Assembly: GCA_009859145.1 (NCBI GenBank)
Contig: VRVR01000049.1
Location: 124,001-188,000, forward strand
DNA: 64,000 nucleotides
Source: Andalucia godoyi And28
Taxonomy: Eukaryota; Protista; Jakobida
Direction of reading: 5' to 3'
Below the pieces are notes generated by a model that did no database searches, was not told the origin of the DNA, and worked only from the letters and a program-made list of their open reading frames with translations. Position numbers and translations under genes: made by a program. The first letter of the stretch is position 1; every line of letters starts with the position of its first letter. Positions 42,808 through 53,400 of the stretch are shown here, piece by piece.

Positions 42808-44403
42808 CTATTCAGTGGGCTGCGGCGCACTGCAAGCGGGGTCCGTTCCTTCTGAGAACTTGTCGTCGTCCGGAGCCGGGGCGGACGATGATGCGAGGAA
42901 GCCATTGGTACTGGTAGTGGGTCGTACGAATTGCATGAGCTGCGTCTTTTCGTCCTCGAGCCGGCGTTGCCGTTCGTCTTCTTCAGCCAAGTGGTTTCTC
43001 ATTTCGACAAGTTCGCGCAGCAGCGCTTCCTTCAGTTCTTGGTTTTCGGCTTCTAATTGGCGAACACGATCTTCGAGGATCTTCTTCTCCTTGACTCTGC
43101 CTTGCGCATCTGCTTTTGCTTCTTGTGTAATTCGACCCTGACGTTCCTTTTCTTTTTGAAGAGAAGTAATGAGCATGTCCTTCTCCCGTTCGAGAGACTC
43201 GACCGATTTCTCCAGCGTTCGGATTCTTGTCTTGTACTTCGACCGCTCGGCCTCCAGACTGCGGTCCGCAGCCCCTCCTCCTCCACCACCGCCGTCGTGC
43301 GTCTTGTGATTAGAGGTCGCAGGTCTCTTTGCAGTCTCTGGTTGCACTGCCGCGGCAGTAGAACGTAGGAGGTGCAGTCCTTGTATTTCCCGTTCTTTCT
43401 GATTCACCTGGCTCTTCAACTCTGCGATTTGCAGCGCTAGGTCTTGGCGTTCACGCCGTTGCTGGGCTTCATTCGCCTCCGCCGCCGCTCGAAGTCGCTT
43501 GATTTCCCCGACAAAGCTGTCTCTCTCGGCCTGCACTTTTTCTAGCCGATCCTCCTTCTCTTTGGATGCGGCCTTTGTCGATTCGCTCTGGCGATCTCGG
43601 TCTCGTAGAGTCTCTCTGAGCCTTGTAATTTCCTCATTCAGACTGCGCATTCTGTCCTCTCCATCGATTTTCGACTTTGCCATCTGGTCCAGAACAGTTT
43701 TCTGCGTCGAACTCTGGTACTTCTTCAGTTGTTCGATTTCGATGCGCAGGCGGGACACGTGTATTCGAAAGTGTTTTTTCCACGTATCTAGCACACCACT
43801 CTGTTCCTCGAGTGCTGTCTCAGCGGCAGTCGCTCTGTCTTCGAATGCCTTTCCTTTTTTTGTCCATTCCTTCACCAGATTCTTCTGCTGTTTCAACCTG
43901 TCTTCCAAGTCACTCGGCGTCGATGAAGCTGGCATGCTGTTCTGTGCACTCATCGATGCAATCTTGGCTATTTTTTCCTCTAATTCTTCGGCAGTCTTTT
44001 CCTTTGCGTCCTTTTCTCTTTTCAAGCTTGTCTGCAGCTCTGCAATCTTGCGTTTTCCCGCCAGCAGCTCTGCGTTCATTCTCGTCTCCTCGTCTTTTGC
44101 TCGCCGGAGTTCGTCGCTCATAATCAACATCTCAGCATCCCTCTTTCGCACTTGTTCTTCTAACAGATCCAATTTTTCAGAGTCATCAAACAGCGTTGGA
44201 TGCTTTCCGGGATATGCAGTATGGCTGTTGCGCGGAACCGGCGTTTCTTGCATCATACTACCAGCTTTTGCACTCGCCGCGGGCAGGGTCGACCGCACGG
44301 GCTTCCGGGCCTCCTTTCTTTCTCTTGCATTCTCTATTGCAGACTGCGCAGCTCTCAGCTGACTTTCATGATCAATGCTGACTTCATACGGCCCTTTCTT
44401 CAT
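42808..44403 (-). CDS. Coiled-coil hypothetical protein (531 aa)
   Basis: Long ORF with heptad-like E/K/R/L content; no family recognised. Confidence 0.75.
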   Translation of the reverse strand: MKKGPYEVSIDHESQLRAAQSAIENARERKEARKPVRSTLPAASAKAGSMMQETPVPRNSHTAYPGKHPTLFDDSEKLDLLEEQVRKRDAEMLIMSDELRRAKDEETRMNAELLAGKRKIAELQTSLKREKDAKEKTAEELEEKIAKIASMSAQNSMPASSTPSDLEDRLKQQKNLVKEWTKKGKAFEDRATAAETALEEQSGVLDTWKKHFRIHVSRLRIEIEQLKKYQSSTQKTVLDQMAKSKIDGEDRMRSLNEEITRLRETLRDRDRQSESTKAASKEKEDRLEKVQAERDSFVGEIKRLRAAAEANEAQQRRERQDLALQIAELKSQVNQKEREIQGLHLLRSTAAAVQPETAKRPATSNHKTHDGGGGGGGAADRSLEAERSKYKTRIRTLEKSVESLEREKDMLITSLQKEKERQGRITQEAKADAQGRVKEKKILEDRVRQLEAENQELKEALLRELVEMRNHLAEEDERQRRLEDEKTQLMQFVRPTTSTNGFLASSSAPAPDDDKFSEGTDPACSAPQPTE

Positions 44404-44916
44404 GAACGAGTTCCTTCTTTCCTTTGTACGAATGCGAGGTTGACCAAGACTATCCGTATCCGTATCCGTATCAGTATCCGTATGTGTCCAAGTGTGGGTG
44501 CACGGATTGAATGGACACGCGCAGAGAAAAGAGATAGGATGCTTACGTTGGATAAAGTTTGAACAGGATCGTGGATGTCGTAGGTGCCGTGCACTCGTTA
44601 AGAAACCGAAAACCTTCGACGTTAAGAAAACTGTCGTACTCTAGAGGTGCTTAGAGATGGGAACACAGATATGGGTTTTGCAAATGGTTTTTCTTCTTCT
44701 TATGTGTATTGTAGTGCACAAATGCAAAACACGAATTTAGGGTATAACCACGACAGGCAGCAGGAAATAGAAAAATAAAGAACAAGAAAGAAAACAGAAC
44801 AAAGAAAAACAAACTGCAAAGGTGGTGGTGGTGGAGGTGAAGGGAGAGGAAAAGAAAACCAGGTAATGGAAACCCACACACACACACACACACACACACA
44901 GAGGGAACGCTCCATC

Positions 44917-46635
44917 TTACTCCTGTCTGTCTTCAGGCTGTGCATCCTCATCAGGTACCGGTTGCCCCTTTGCCTCCTGGTCCTTCTGTGCCTTGTTCTT
45001 GATGCCTGACACAATGTCATCGATACGGAGCAGAAGAGCAGCGGACTCAATTGCCGTCTTGACAGTTTGGACCTTAACGGCCAGAGGCTCCCAAATTCCT
45101 GCAGCCTTCATGTCCGTGATTTTTCCATTCTCACCATCGATTCCCCACACACACAACGGAGCATTTTGCTCGTCTGCGCTGTTCAGTGAAGATGCATGCT
45201 TGGCTCGGAGTTCCGTAATCGTACGAACAACATTCGCGCCACAGTTCTGGGCAAGCGTCCGAGGAATGACCTCCATGGCACCAGCGACTGCCTGGTATGC
45301 ATACTGGGCAATACCCTCCACCTTCTTGGCCTGTCGCGAGAGAGATTGAGAAAGTTGCATTTCGAATGCGCCACCGCCAACACACATGCGAGGATCAAGC
45401 AACACATTTCGTGCAACAAGCATTGCATCATGCAAGTTACGCTCAACCTCGTTCAAGAAGTCCTTGGACGGTCCACGGAGCAACACAGTGCAAGCCTTGG
45501 GATTTGCACAGTCCTCGAAGAACGCAAAGTATTCGTCTCCAATCTTCCGAACTTCAAACAAGCCACACTCCGTACCCACGTCTTCCTCGGTAAGTTCTTC
45601 CGTTCGATTTGCAATGGTGGCGCCAGAAACACGAGCGATTCTCACGTTGTCAGTCTTTCTCATGCGGCGCATGACGGAAACGCCGGCCTTCATCAGCAAA
45701 TGGGCTGCATAATCCGAAACACCCTTCTCGGTTACAACGACCGTCGGCTTGACTCTCAGGATGTCCTTCACCATGCGCTGGACAGTTTCCTCCTCCATCT
45801 TGACCAAGGTCTCCCAGTCGTCTTCATTCGTAATTTCGACGTTCGTCGCAGACTCATTCTTCGTGAATTCGATAGGGCAATCCATCAGCACAACGCGCGG
45901 GCGGACGATTCGACGAGGCATCTTCGGATGAATAATGTCCTTGTTGATCATGACTCCGCGCAGCACGCACGACTCTGTGATATCTCCTCCCGGGATCTTT
46001 TCCAATCGAGCATACCGCTTGATATCAATGTCACGGCGACCGTCAGCACCGACCACAGTGACACACTTCACGGCATCCAACGCCAGCGAGGTCATGAGCG
46101 TCGAAAACTTGCTGACAAACTTTGTTCCGAGACAGGAGTGGATGACCTGAAGCATCTGTTCTCTGTTTTCAGGGTCCACTGTGAACGAAGCTTGAGACTC
46201 TGCAATCTTCACTGCATCGTCCAGCGCCTTGAAATACGTTTGCACAATCACGGTCGGATGAATGTTTCTCTCCAGCAGCGGTTCGGCAACCGTCATCATT
46301 TCTCCAGCAAGAACAATCACAGAAGTTGTTCCATCTCCGACTTCCTCATCTTGCGTTCGGGAAAGGTCAATAATCGACTTTGCAGCAGGATGCGTAACCT
46401 CAATTTCACGGAGGATTGAATTTCCATCGTTCGAAATCACAATGCCGCCCATCGGATCAAGAATCATCTTGAGCATAGCCTGCGGTCCCACGGAAGTTCG
46501 GACAATGTCGGCAACAGCTCGGGCAGCAGCGATGTTTGCAAGCTGCGCTTTGCGACCTGTATCCCGCTTCGTGTTCTGCTGAAGCACATATACGGGCGAA
46601 CCACCCATCATTCCCATTGGTTGAAGTCCCTGCAT
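44917..46635 (-). CDS. CCT3: T-complex protein 1 subunit gamma
   Basis: QNTKRDTGRKAQLANI, GPQAMLKM, GDGTTSV, IDIKRYARLEKIPGG, CANPKACTVLLRGPSK. Start at MQGLQPMG. Confidence 0.96.
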   Translation of the reverse strand: MQGLQPMGMMGGSPVYVLQQNTKRDTGRKAQLANIAAARAVADIVRTSVGPQAMLKMILDPMGGIVISNDGNSILREIEVTHPAAKSIIDLSRTQDEEVGDGTTSVIVLAGEMMTVAEPLLERNIHPTVIVQTYFKALDDAVKIAESQASFTVDPENREQMLQVIHSCLGTKFVSKFSTLMTSLALDAVKCVTVVGADGRRDIDIKRYARLEKIPGGDITESCVLRGVMINKDIIHPKMPRRIVRPRVVLMDCPIEFTKNESATNVEITNEDDWETLVKMEEETVQRMVKDILRVKPTVVVTEKGVSDYAAHLLMKAGVSVMRRMRKTDNVRIARVSGATIANRTEELTEEDVGTECGLFEVRKIGDEYFAFFEDCANPKACTVLLRGPSKDFLNEVERNLHDAMLVARNVLLDPRMCVGGGAFEMQLSQSLSRQAKKVEGIAQYAYQAVAGAMEVIPRTLAQNCGANVVRTITELRAKHASSLNSADEQNAPLCVWGIDGENGKITDMKAAGIWEPLAVKVQTVKTAIESAALLLRIDDIVSGIKNKAQKDQEAKGQPVPDEDAQPEDRQE

Positions 46636-47191
46636 TTGCTTATAAGTTCCTACGAAATGTACGGTACGGACACTGTTCGAAAAAAGCCAAAGAATAAGCA
46701 GAGGTGAACAACGAAGAAGGAGGAAAATGAAGAAACAGCAAAAGGGAGGAGAAAAGAAAGGGAGAGACAGGGAGACAGGAAGAGAGAGACAAGGAGAAAC
46801 AGAAAATGGCTGAGACACGAAGACAGATTGGACGCTGACATTACGGAATGGCGAGTTGCAACAGTGATCTGTTGTCATTTGTCAGAACGAAAAGGCGCCA
46901 ATTTGAAAAATATTCGATTCCATACCGGTATAATGGTTGTTTACAGCAGGCAGAATCGGAAAAGGCGGTTCCCAACTTTTCCCACCAAAGACCCCGGGGG
47001 CATACTAGGCCGCTCCCCCTTTACACAAGTGCCCAACCGACACAGGAACGTGCACTGCACGAATAATTATTCCTGCTTATCCTATTCAGATTGTGTATCG
47101 AAGCAGGGCAGAGAAACACCATCAATAACAGAAACACCTCCAAAAGAGCAATCTGGGTAAGAAAAAAAAAGAGGGGAACAATGAGGGCTCT

Positions 47192-50095
47192 TCAGGGATG
47201 CAGAGTCAGTTCCGCAGACTTGCTCGATTCATCGCACAGCAAACTCGTCTTGCCTTCCTCCCACAAGCTTAGCAGCTCTGCAAATGTCGGTTCGATCCAA
47301 TTTCCGGTTTGGGAGCCCGGCAGAGAAATTCGAAATTCCTGAAACGATCGCGACAAGGTAATGACATGACGGACGGATGCTGCATGGCGATGTTCATAAT
47401 TGGACTGGCTTACCGGGGCTGCATTCGGTGTTCCAAAGTCGCCACCGGACACGCACTTCATGTTCACAAGACAGCCAATGACGGTTTTCCCAAGCAACGG
47501 ATGCAGTGCGTGCATGGAATGAAACTCCTTCCCGTACTCTGGGAGTCGACCCAACGATAGTTCGACTGCACGGTCAAGCGCTTTGCGAGCAAATGCAAAC
47601 GCATCCGGATTGGCGGTTGCATTGAGTTTTCCAAACTTGTTGGCAACGAAGAATTGTGAATTCCACTGGTCGACACCGAGATTGTACGTTTCGCCAGGCC
47701 ACTTGGAAAGCTCGACAAACAGCAGCGCGAGAACAGACGCCTCCTTGGAGCCAGCGTTTGTGTTGCCATCCCAGCTGTGCAATTGGACATCGCGAAAGCG
47801 GAGACCAGGATCCAGCGACAGCACGAAGTCCTTCATATCCTTCCAAAAATAGGATATTCTGTCATACTGCACAGAGGACATGAAGGCTGCATCGGCCAGT
47901 TCGGGTGACTGGCCGTCAAGCAGATCGTGAATTCGCTGCCACCGATAGGGCGCTGCGTAGTCGAACGTCAGAATGTAAGGATATCCATCTATGATTTTGT
48001 TGTTGGCAGTCACGATGAACCTCTTTGGGGGGTTGAAAACAAACGGAAGTTCCTCGAACGGAATGTAACCCACCCAATCAAACTCTCCATTTCCAGAAAT
48101 TGGAAACATTCCCGAGTGTCCACTGACACGAATAGGAATGAGCCCCGGACACATGTACCCAATGTTGCCATCTACATCAGCGTACACGAAGTTCTGAGAG
48201 GGCGCAACGTATGTGCGAAGCGCTTCTCTAAATTCTGTGAAGTTCCTGGCAAGGTTGATTCGGAAAAATGACGTGGCGGTGGAGTCGCGCTCTGTCTGAG
48301 ACGTCCATTTCAGTGCGAGCACCTTGGACGAGTCGTGCAAATCAAGTATTCTGCGGGTGTCCGTCAGCACTGGACCATAGTGGGAAGTTCGTATGATCAC
48401 ATCCACAGATCCGCTTCCTTGAACATGAATTGTCTCGGTCCGGAAGATGAATGGAATCGTAGAGTTCCTCCAGAAGTACGCAGTTCCGTCGGCGGTCACG
48501 TTGATCTCATAAAGGTCTTGTACATCGACGCCTGCATTGGTTACGCCCCACGAAATGTACTTGTTGCGTCCGATCACTACCCCAGGTGTTCCCGCAAGAC
48601 ACGAACCTTGAGCCCAGTACGGCGTTTCGCCGTTTCCACGCGGAAAGCTGATGGTCATTCCAATCCACAGGGCCGGAGACATCAAGTCCAAATGCGGATC
48701 GTTCGCCAGGATGCTCTTGTTCCCAGGAGCCGCGTATACCCAGTTGTTGGACGCGGCTGTGATACCCAAGTCTCTTCCAAGCTGAAGGGAAGAGGGATTT
48801 CGAGAGGCTGGATGCCGTCGAGTGCTCTTGCGTTGTCCTTCCCATGCATTCTTGATTCGTGCCATTTCAAGTGCAATGGAGCCTTGAATGCGAGCGCTAT
48901 TCGCAGCCGCTTGCGTATCATTAATTCCCACGTCGCGATGATCCAGAATGCTTGGGCCACTGGATGGGTATGTCGGGAATGCCTCAAAGATTTCGCTCAC
49001 ACGCAGTCCCCTCATGAGTAAATCCAACCGCAGTGCCTCTGCTTGAAAATTCTCGGACAGTTCGTAGGCCATCATCTTGGACCAGCCTAGCAGTTCTTGC
49101 GGGCTGAAATGTCTCGGTTGAAGCCCCAAGAGCAAAAATTCCGGAGCCGTTTTCCCGGATTTGACGAATGCATTCACGCCCGCGGTGTATGCATCAAACG
49201 CTCTCTTAACGTCCGGTTCCAAGTGCTCGTAGGCGAGCAAAGCGTAGTGGAAGAAGCCCATCGTACGAAGGAACTTGTCAATTTCAATGCCTGCATCGCC
49301 TGCAATCTCCGACAATCTGCCCGTGACGATGATTCTTTGAAACTCGAGCTGCCACAGCCGCTCCTGGGCTACCACGTATCCTTGAGCAAAGAACGCATCA
49401 TGTTCATTCTGCGCTTCAATCTTGATGAAGCCTCGCCCGTCTCGTTTCACCTTGACTGTGGCCTGGAGTCCTGGAGCATCCAAGTCGCCTTCGCGGATGG
49501 CAACGGTAACGGATAGGGTGTACACATAAATCACAAAAACAGAAAGCACCAATGCCCAAATTACGAAGACCACGAACCATCCACAAATACGAGCACACAG
49601 TCGCATTGACGTGGACGCACCGCAGGTCGTGGTCCTTCCACCACCAGCAGCTGTGGGCTGCGGATTCTCGCAATACGGATCATCTGCGTCGTATTCCACA
49701 GCGAGACCCACTGGAGACCGCAACTGACGAGGAATGGGAGACGGCACAAACTCAGCAAACTCAAAAGCATCGTAATTCTCATTGTGCTGCCCATTCTCAT
49801 ACTCGCGCACAACGCCATCTTCATCATGCATATCGACAAAACGGTGGTGCGAAGTGACCTTCCTTTGCGATCTGGCTTGCCTGACTGAACGAGCAATTCG
49901 AACAACACATGCAGGAACAAGAACCAGAAATACAAGCATCGAAAGAAGACTCATGAAGAGAATCGTTCCTCCACAGCGAATCATGATGTGGAAGCCAGAA
50001 ATCAGGCAGAACAGCACAAACGCTAACGCGGATAGTGCACAAACCGCCATCACCATAACCACGGAAGCATGTGTGACAAGCGCCCTGTCCACCAT
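47192..50095 (-). CDS. Penicillin acylase family Ntn-hydrolase (peptidase S45) with N-terminal transmembrane segments
   Basis: VKRDGRGFIKI...FFAQGYVVAQERLWQLE..R...GRLSEI, nucleophile motif SNNW (48751-48740), ANDPHL, GRNKYISWGVTN, QNFVYADVDGNIGY, TANNK, RWQRI. Confidence 0.9.
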   Translation of the reverse strand: MVDRALVTHASVVMVMAVCALSALAFVLFCLISGFHIMIRCGGTILFMSLLSMLVFLVLVPACVVRIARSVRQARSQRKVTSHHRFVDMHDEDGVVREYENGQHNENYDAFEFAEFVPSPIPRQLRSPVGLAVEYDADDPYCENPQPTAAGGGRTTTCGASTSMRLCARICGWFVVFVIWALVLSVFVIYVYTLSVTVAIREGDLDAPGLQATVKVKRDGRGFIKIEAQNEHDAFFAQGYVVAQERLWQLEFQRIIVTGRLSEIAGDAGIEIDKFLRTMGFFHYALLAYEHLEPDVKRAFDAYTAGVNAFVKSGKTAPEFLLLGLQPRHFSPQELLGWSKMMAYELSENFQAEALRLDLLMRGLRVSEIFEAFPTYPSSGPSILDHRDVGINDTQAAANSARIQGSIALEMARIKNAWEGQRKSTRRHPASRNPSSLQLGRDLGITAASNNWVYAAPGNKSILANDPHLDLMSPALWIGMTISFPRGNGETPYWAQGSCLAGTPGVVIGRNKYISWGVTNAGVDVQDLYEINVTADGTAYFWRNSTIPFIFRTETIHVQGSGSVDVIIRTSHYGPVLTDTRRILDLHDSSKVLALKWTSQTERDSTATSFFRINLARNFTEFREALRTYVAPSQNFVYADVDGNIGYMCPGLIPIRVSGHSGMFPISGNGEFDWVGYIPFEELPFVFNPPKRFIVTANNKIIDGYPYILTFDYAAPYRWQRIHDLLDGQSPELADAAFMSSVQYDRISYFWKDMKDFVLSLDPGLRFRDVQLHSWDGNTNAGSKEASVLALLFVELSKWPGETYNLGVDQWNSQFFVANKFGKLNATANPDAFAFARKALDRAVELSLGRLPEYGKEFHSMHALHPLLGKTVIGCLVNMKCVSGGDFGTPNAAPVSQSNYEHRHAASVRHVITLSRSFQEFRISLPGSQTGNWIEPTFAELLSLWEEGKTSLLCDESSKSAELTLHP

Positions 50096-50488
50096 CTTCA
50101 CGAAAAAGAACTATGTACTTTCGCAACTTCCTTGCATGTATGTGTATACACATATATATGCGTGTGTCGCAGGCGGTCCCTTCTCTTCTTTCTCGGAAAG
50201 ATTGGAACGGAACTCAGAAACCCATCCACAGTTTCGGCATCTTCAAGATCGCCAGGGCCTTTCCAGTTTCTTGTCTTCTGCTGCTCGTACATTCGTGCGG
50301 GAACTTCAACCTTTCTGCGAGAACGCACGGAAAAAGACACAGTGGCCGGTGGCAGCAGAAGAGGGGGGGGCACCAAAGGTTCTCGTAAGATGTTATTCAT
50401 TTATAATTCTCATTCATTATTTATGTTTTTTTTGTTTTGTTTTATTGGTGGCTGTGCTTGAGAAACCCTCTTTCATTGATCTGCTCTA

Positions 50489-53400
50489 TCAGGGACGCTG
50501 ACGGGGAGCCCACTTGTCGATCATGGCGATGAGAGTGTTCTTTCCGACAGGCTTGAGCAGGCAGTCAGAAAACATTGTACTTTGAAGAAACGCCTCCATT
50601 CCGTTCTTGCCTTTTTGGTCTGCCGCGTCCGCAGTGATATCAAACAGACAGTTTGCAGTACATCCAACGATGGGCAAATTCGTCAGTCCAAATCTGCGCA
50701 GTTCCTTGCATGCTTCCACACCATCCTTAACCGGCATCACCATGTCCATGAGAACAACGTCAAACATACGAGCTTTGCAGGAAGACTTGCCCTTGCAAGT
50801 CCGCTCTACAAGCGCCTTCCTTTCCAAAACTGCGTCGATCCCCTCTTTTCCGTCCACTGCAACCCGAACTTTGAAGCCTGCTTTCTGGAGCACAAGACAC
50901 ATCACTTTTCGAACCACTGCATCGTCGTCCACAACTAGGATCTCGCGATCTTCGTCATCGAAATCAGAGTTGGAAGAGTCGCTTGACAGTACTGATGCAG
51001 ACACTGGCAACCCAGACGCTTGCACCGGCTGCTGCTTTTGCAAAATCGACTGAAGATCTGATTCCGGACAGGTGGTGATTCTCCACAAAATATCAAAAAT
51101 GAGTTCTAACCGGGATGGTTTTCGCAGAAAGTTGGATACCGAGAACTGAACATGGCATTTCGACGCAATCATATCCAGCACTCTCTCTGCACGAAAATCG
51201 CACAGGATCTCATCCTCGTGCATTCGTGAAACAAACACTGGAAAGACGGAAGTTTTCTGAAGATCTCCAGAGGCAGACAGTCGACGGTGTTCTTGAATGC
51301 TGCCTGCCAATGCGGCGAGCCCCTCGTCGTCATCCATATCAATGAACAGAGCGATTCTAGAATCCTTTGGCATCGGTCCTCGCGCACGCTTTATAGTGGA
51401 GCTGAATTCTGCTAACGATGCACAAACAGTCACTTCGGATTCCCAATCGCTGCCCCGAACCACCTCTGAAATTTCAGACGTGACAGACGACATCAGATCC
51501 CGAATTCCCGGAATCAACTCGCAGGTTCTTCCGAGCATAGCGACGCACAATCTCGGTACTGTGTGGTTGTCGACTACGTATGCACGGACGTCTTGAAGTC
51601 TCGATGCATAACTGCTGCGCGAGCCCGGTTGAATATGAAACGGAATTGTGACTGCAAACGTTGACCCAGTACCTCGCCCGAGAGACCAGGCATCACAGCG
51701 ACCATTCATACATTTCACCAAGGTCGCCGAAATAGACAAGCCAAGTCCCGTTCCTAAATGCTGCTGCGAAAACCCGAATGTTGGAGTGCCAAGTTGAGAA
51801 AACGGATGCCAAAGCAACGAAGACTCCTCTTGATCGAAACCAACACCAGTGTCCACAACCTGAATTTCAACGTCCAGTACATCAGGAGTCGATTCATCAA
51901 GGACAGGAGCGTTTTCATAAAACTGATGCATCAGAACGACAGACCCGGAGTCTGTCAGGTTTTCTTGCGGTGGAAATGCAGCGTGTCTTTCTTTCGCAGA
52001 AATACGCAGCTGCACCGAACCGGAAATTGGAGTAAACTTGACAGCATTGGAAAGCAAATTCAGGATGACTTGCTTCGTTCGCCTCGAATCCCCGACAACC
52101 AGAAACTTCATGCTGGGATCACACACAACAGATAGTTCAATTTTCTTGGAGTTGGATTGCAAAGTGACAAGTTCGATGCATTCTTCAGCGACCATCAAAA
52201 TGTCAAACGGCTTCTGTTCCAAAACAAATTTTCCGGATTCTATTCTGCTCGAGTCAAGGACATCTGCAATGAGCAAAAGGAGGAAATCGGTTGCTGATGC
52301 AATGTACCCAACGCACTCACGCTGGTACCGAGACAGCGACTTTTCATCCTGCAAGATTTGAGACATGGACAAGATTCCCTGGATGGGATTTCGCAATTCA
52401 TGGGATAGAGTATGTACAATCATGGACTTCATCTTGTTCGCTGCCTCGGATTTGAGAGCCTGGATTTCTGCGGTCTGGCGACGATTCGCCTCCGACACAT
52501 CTCGAAATACAACAACACACAAAGGAGTTTCCGAAACAGGATCAAACGTCTTTGAAAGGTTCATGGAAAACTGAATATCCGGATGGGCGGACAGCGTGAC
52601 CATCTTGTTTTCTTCTTCAATACTTGCAACAGCGTCCACAAAAGACCGAACATCTTCCACGGTGTCGTGAAGTTTCGAAAACTGATCCAATTTTTGGTAA
52701 ACGCCGGATATCTTCCGAACCTTTTCAGCCTGGTCAGCCGCGTCTGACGCGACGTCCTCCAAGATCAAAGACTCTGAGCAAACTTCAAATAACTGTTCCG
52801 CAACAGAGTTCGTTTCGACAATTGCTCCCGTGTCTTCACGGAAAACCACCATTGCTTCCTTGACAGATCGCCAGATATACCGCAGTTGCTGTTCGGACTG
52901 AAACAGCCTCTTTTCGATGAGTATTCTGTCCAGAGCGTTCACAATAATCTCCGCAACAGAAATCATGAATGTCGAAAAGTCGCCCAACGGACGAAAATCT
53001 GAATGAAATACAATGCCCAAAAAAAGCTGTCGACCGCTTCTCTTCGACAATCGGACCATCTTCAGCTCATGGTTCTTCGCTACGTCGTCCTCGGACAAAC
53101 CAATATCCAAGTTTCGCACCAAACACGCGATTTCGGTTTGGCGAATCCCGAAAGCAACATCCAACTCGGGTAGATTGCGGACTGCAAAGTCCATAAGAAA
53201 GTCTATCTGTTGTCTGCCCAATCGCATATTTCGAATGGAAGACAACATTGGAGACTGCCTATTGTTGTTGATTGAAACTGGAAGTCGATGTTTCAACGCA
53301 TAGTCTTCCACGGCAACATCAAAGCCCGCAACAAGAAATACAGTGCGAATTGGACGCGTTTGTTCAATTGCCGAATTCCTGCGAAGAAGCGTCCGATCCA

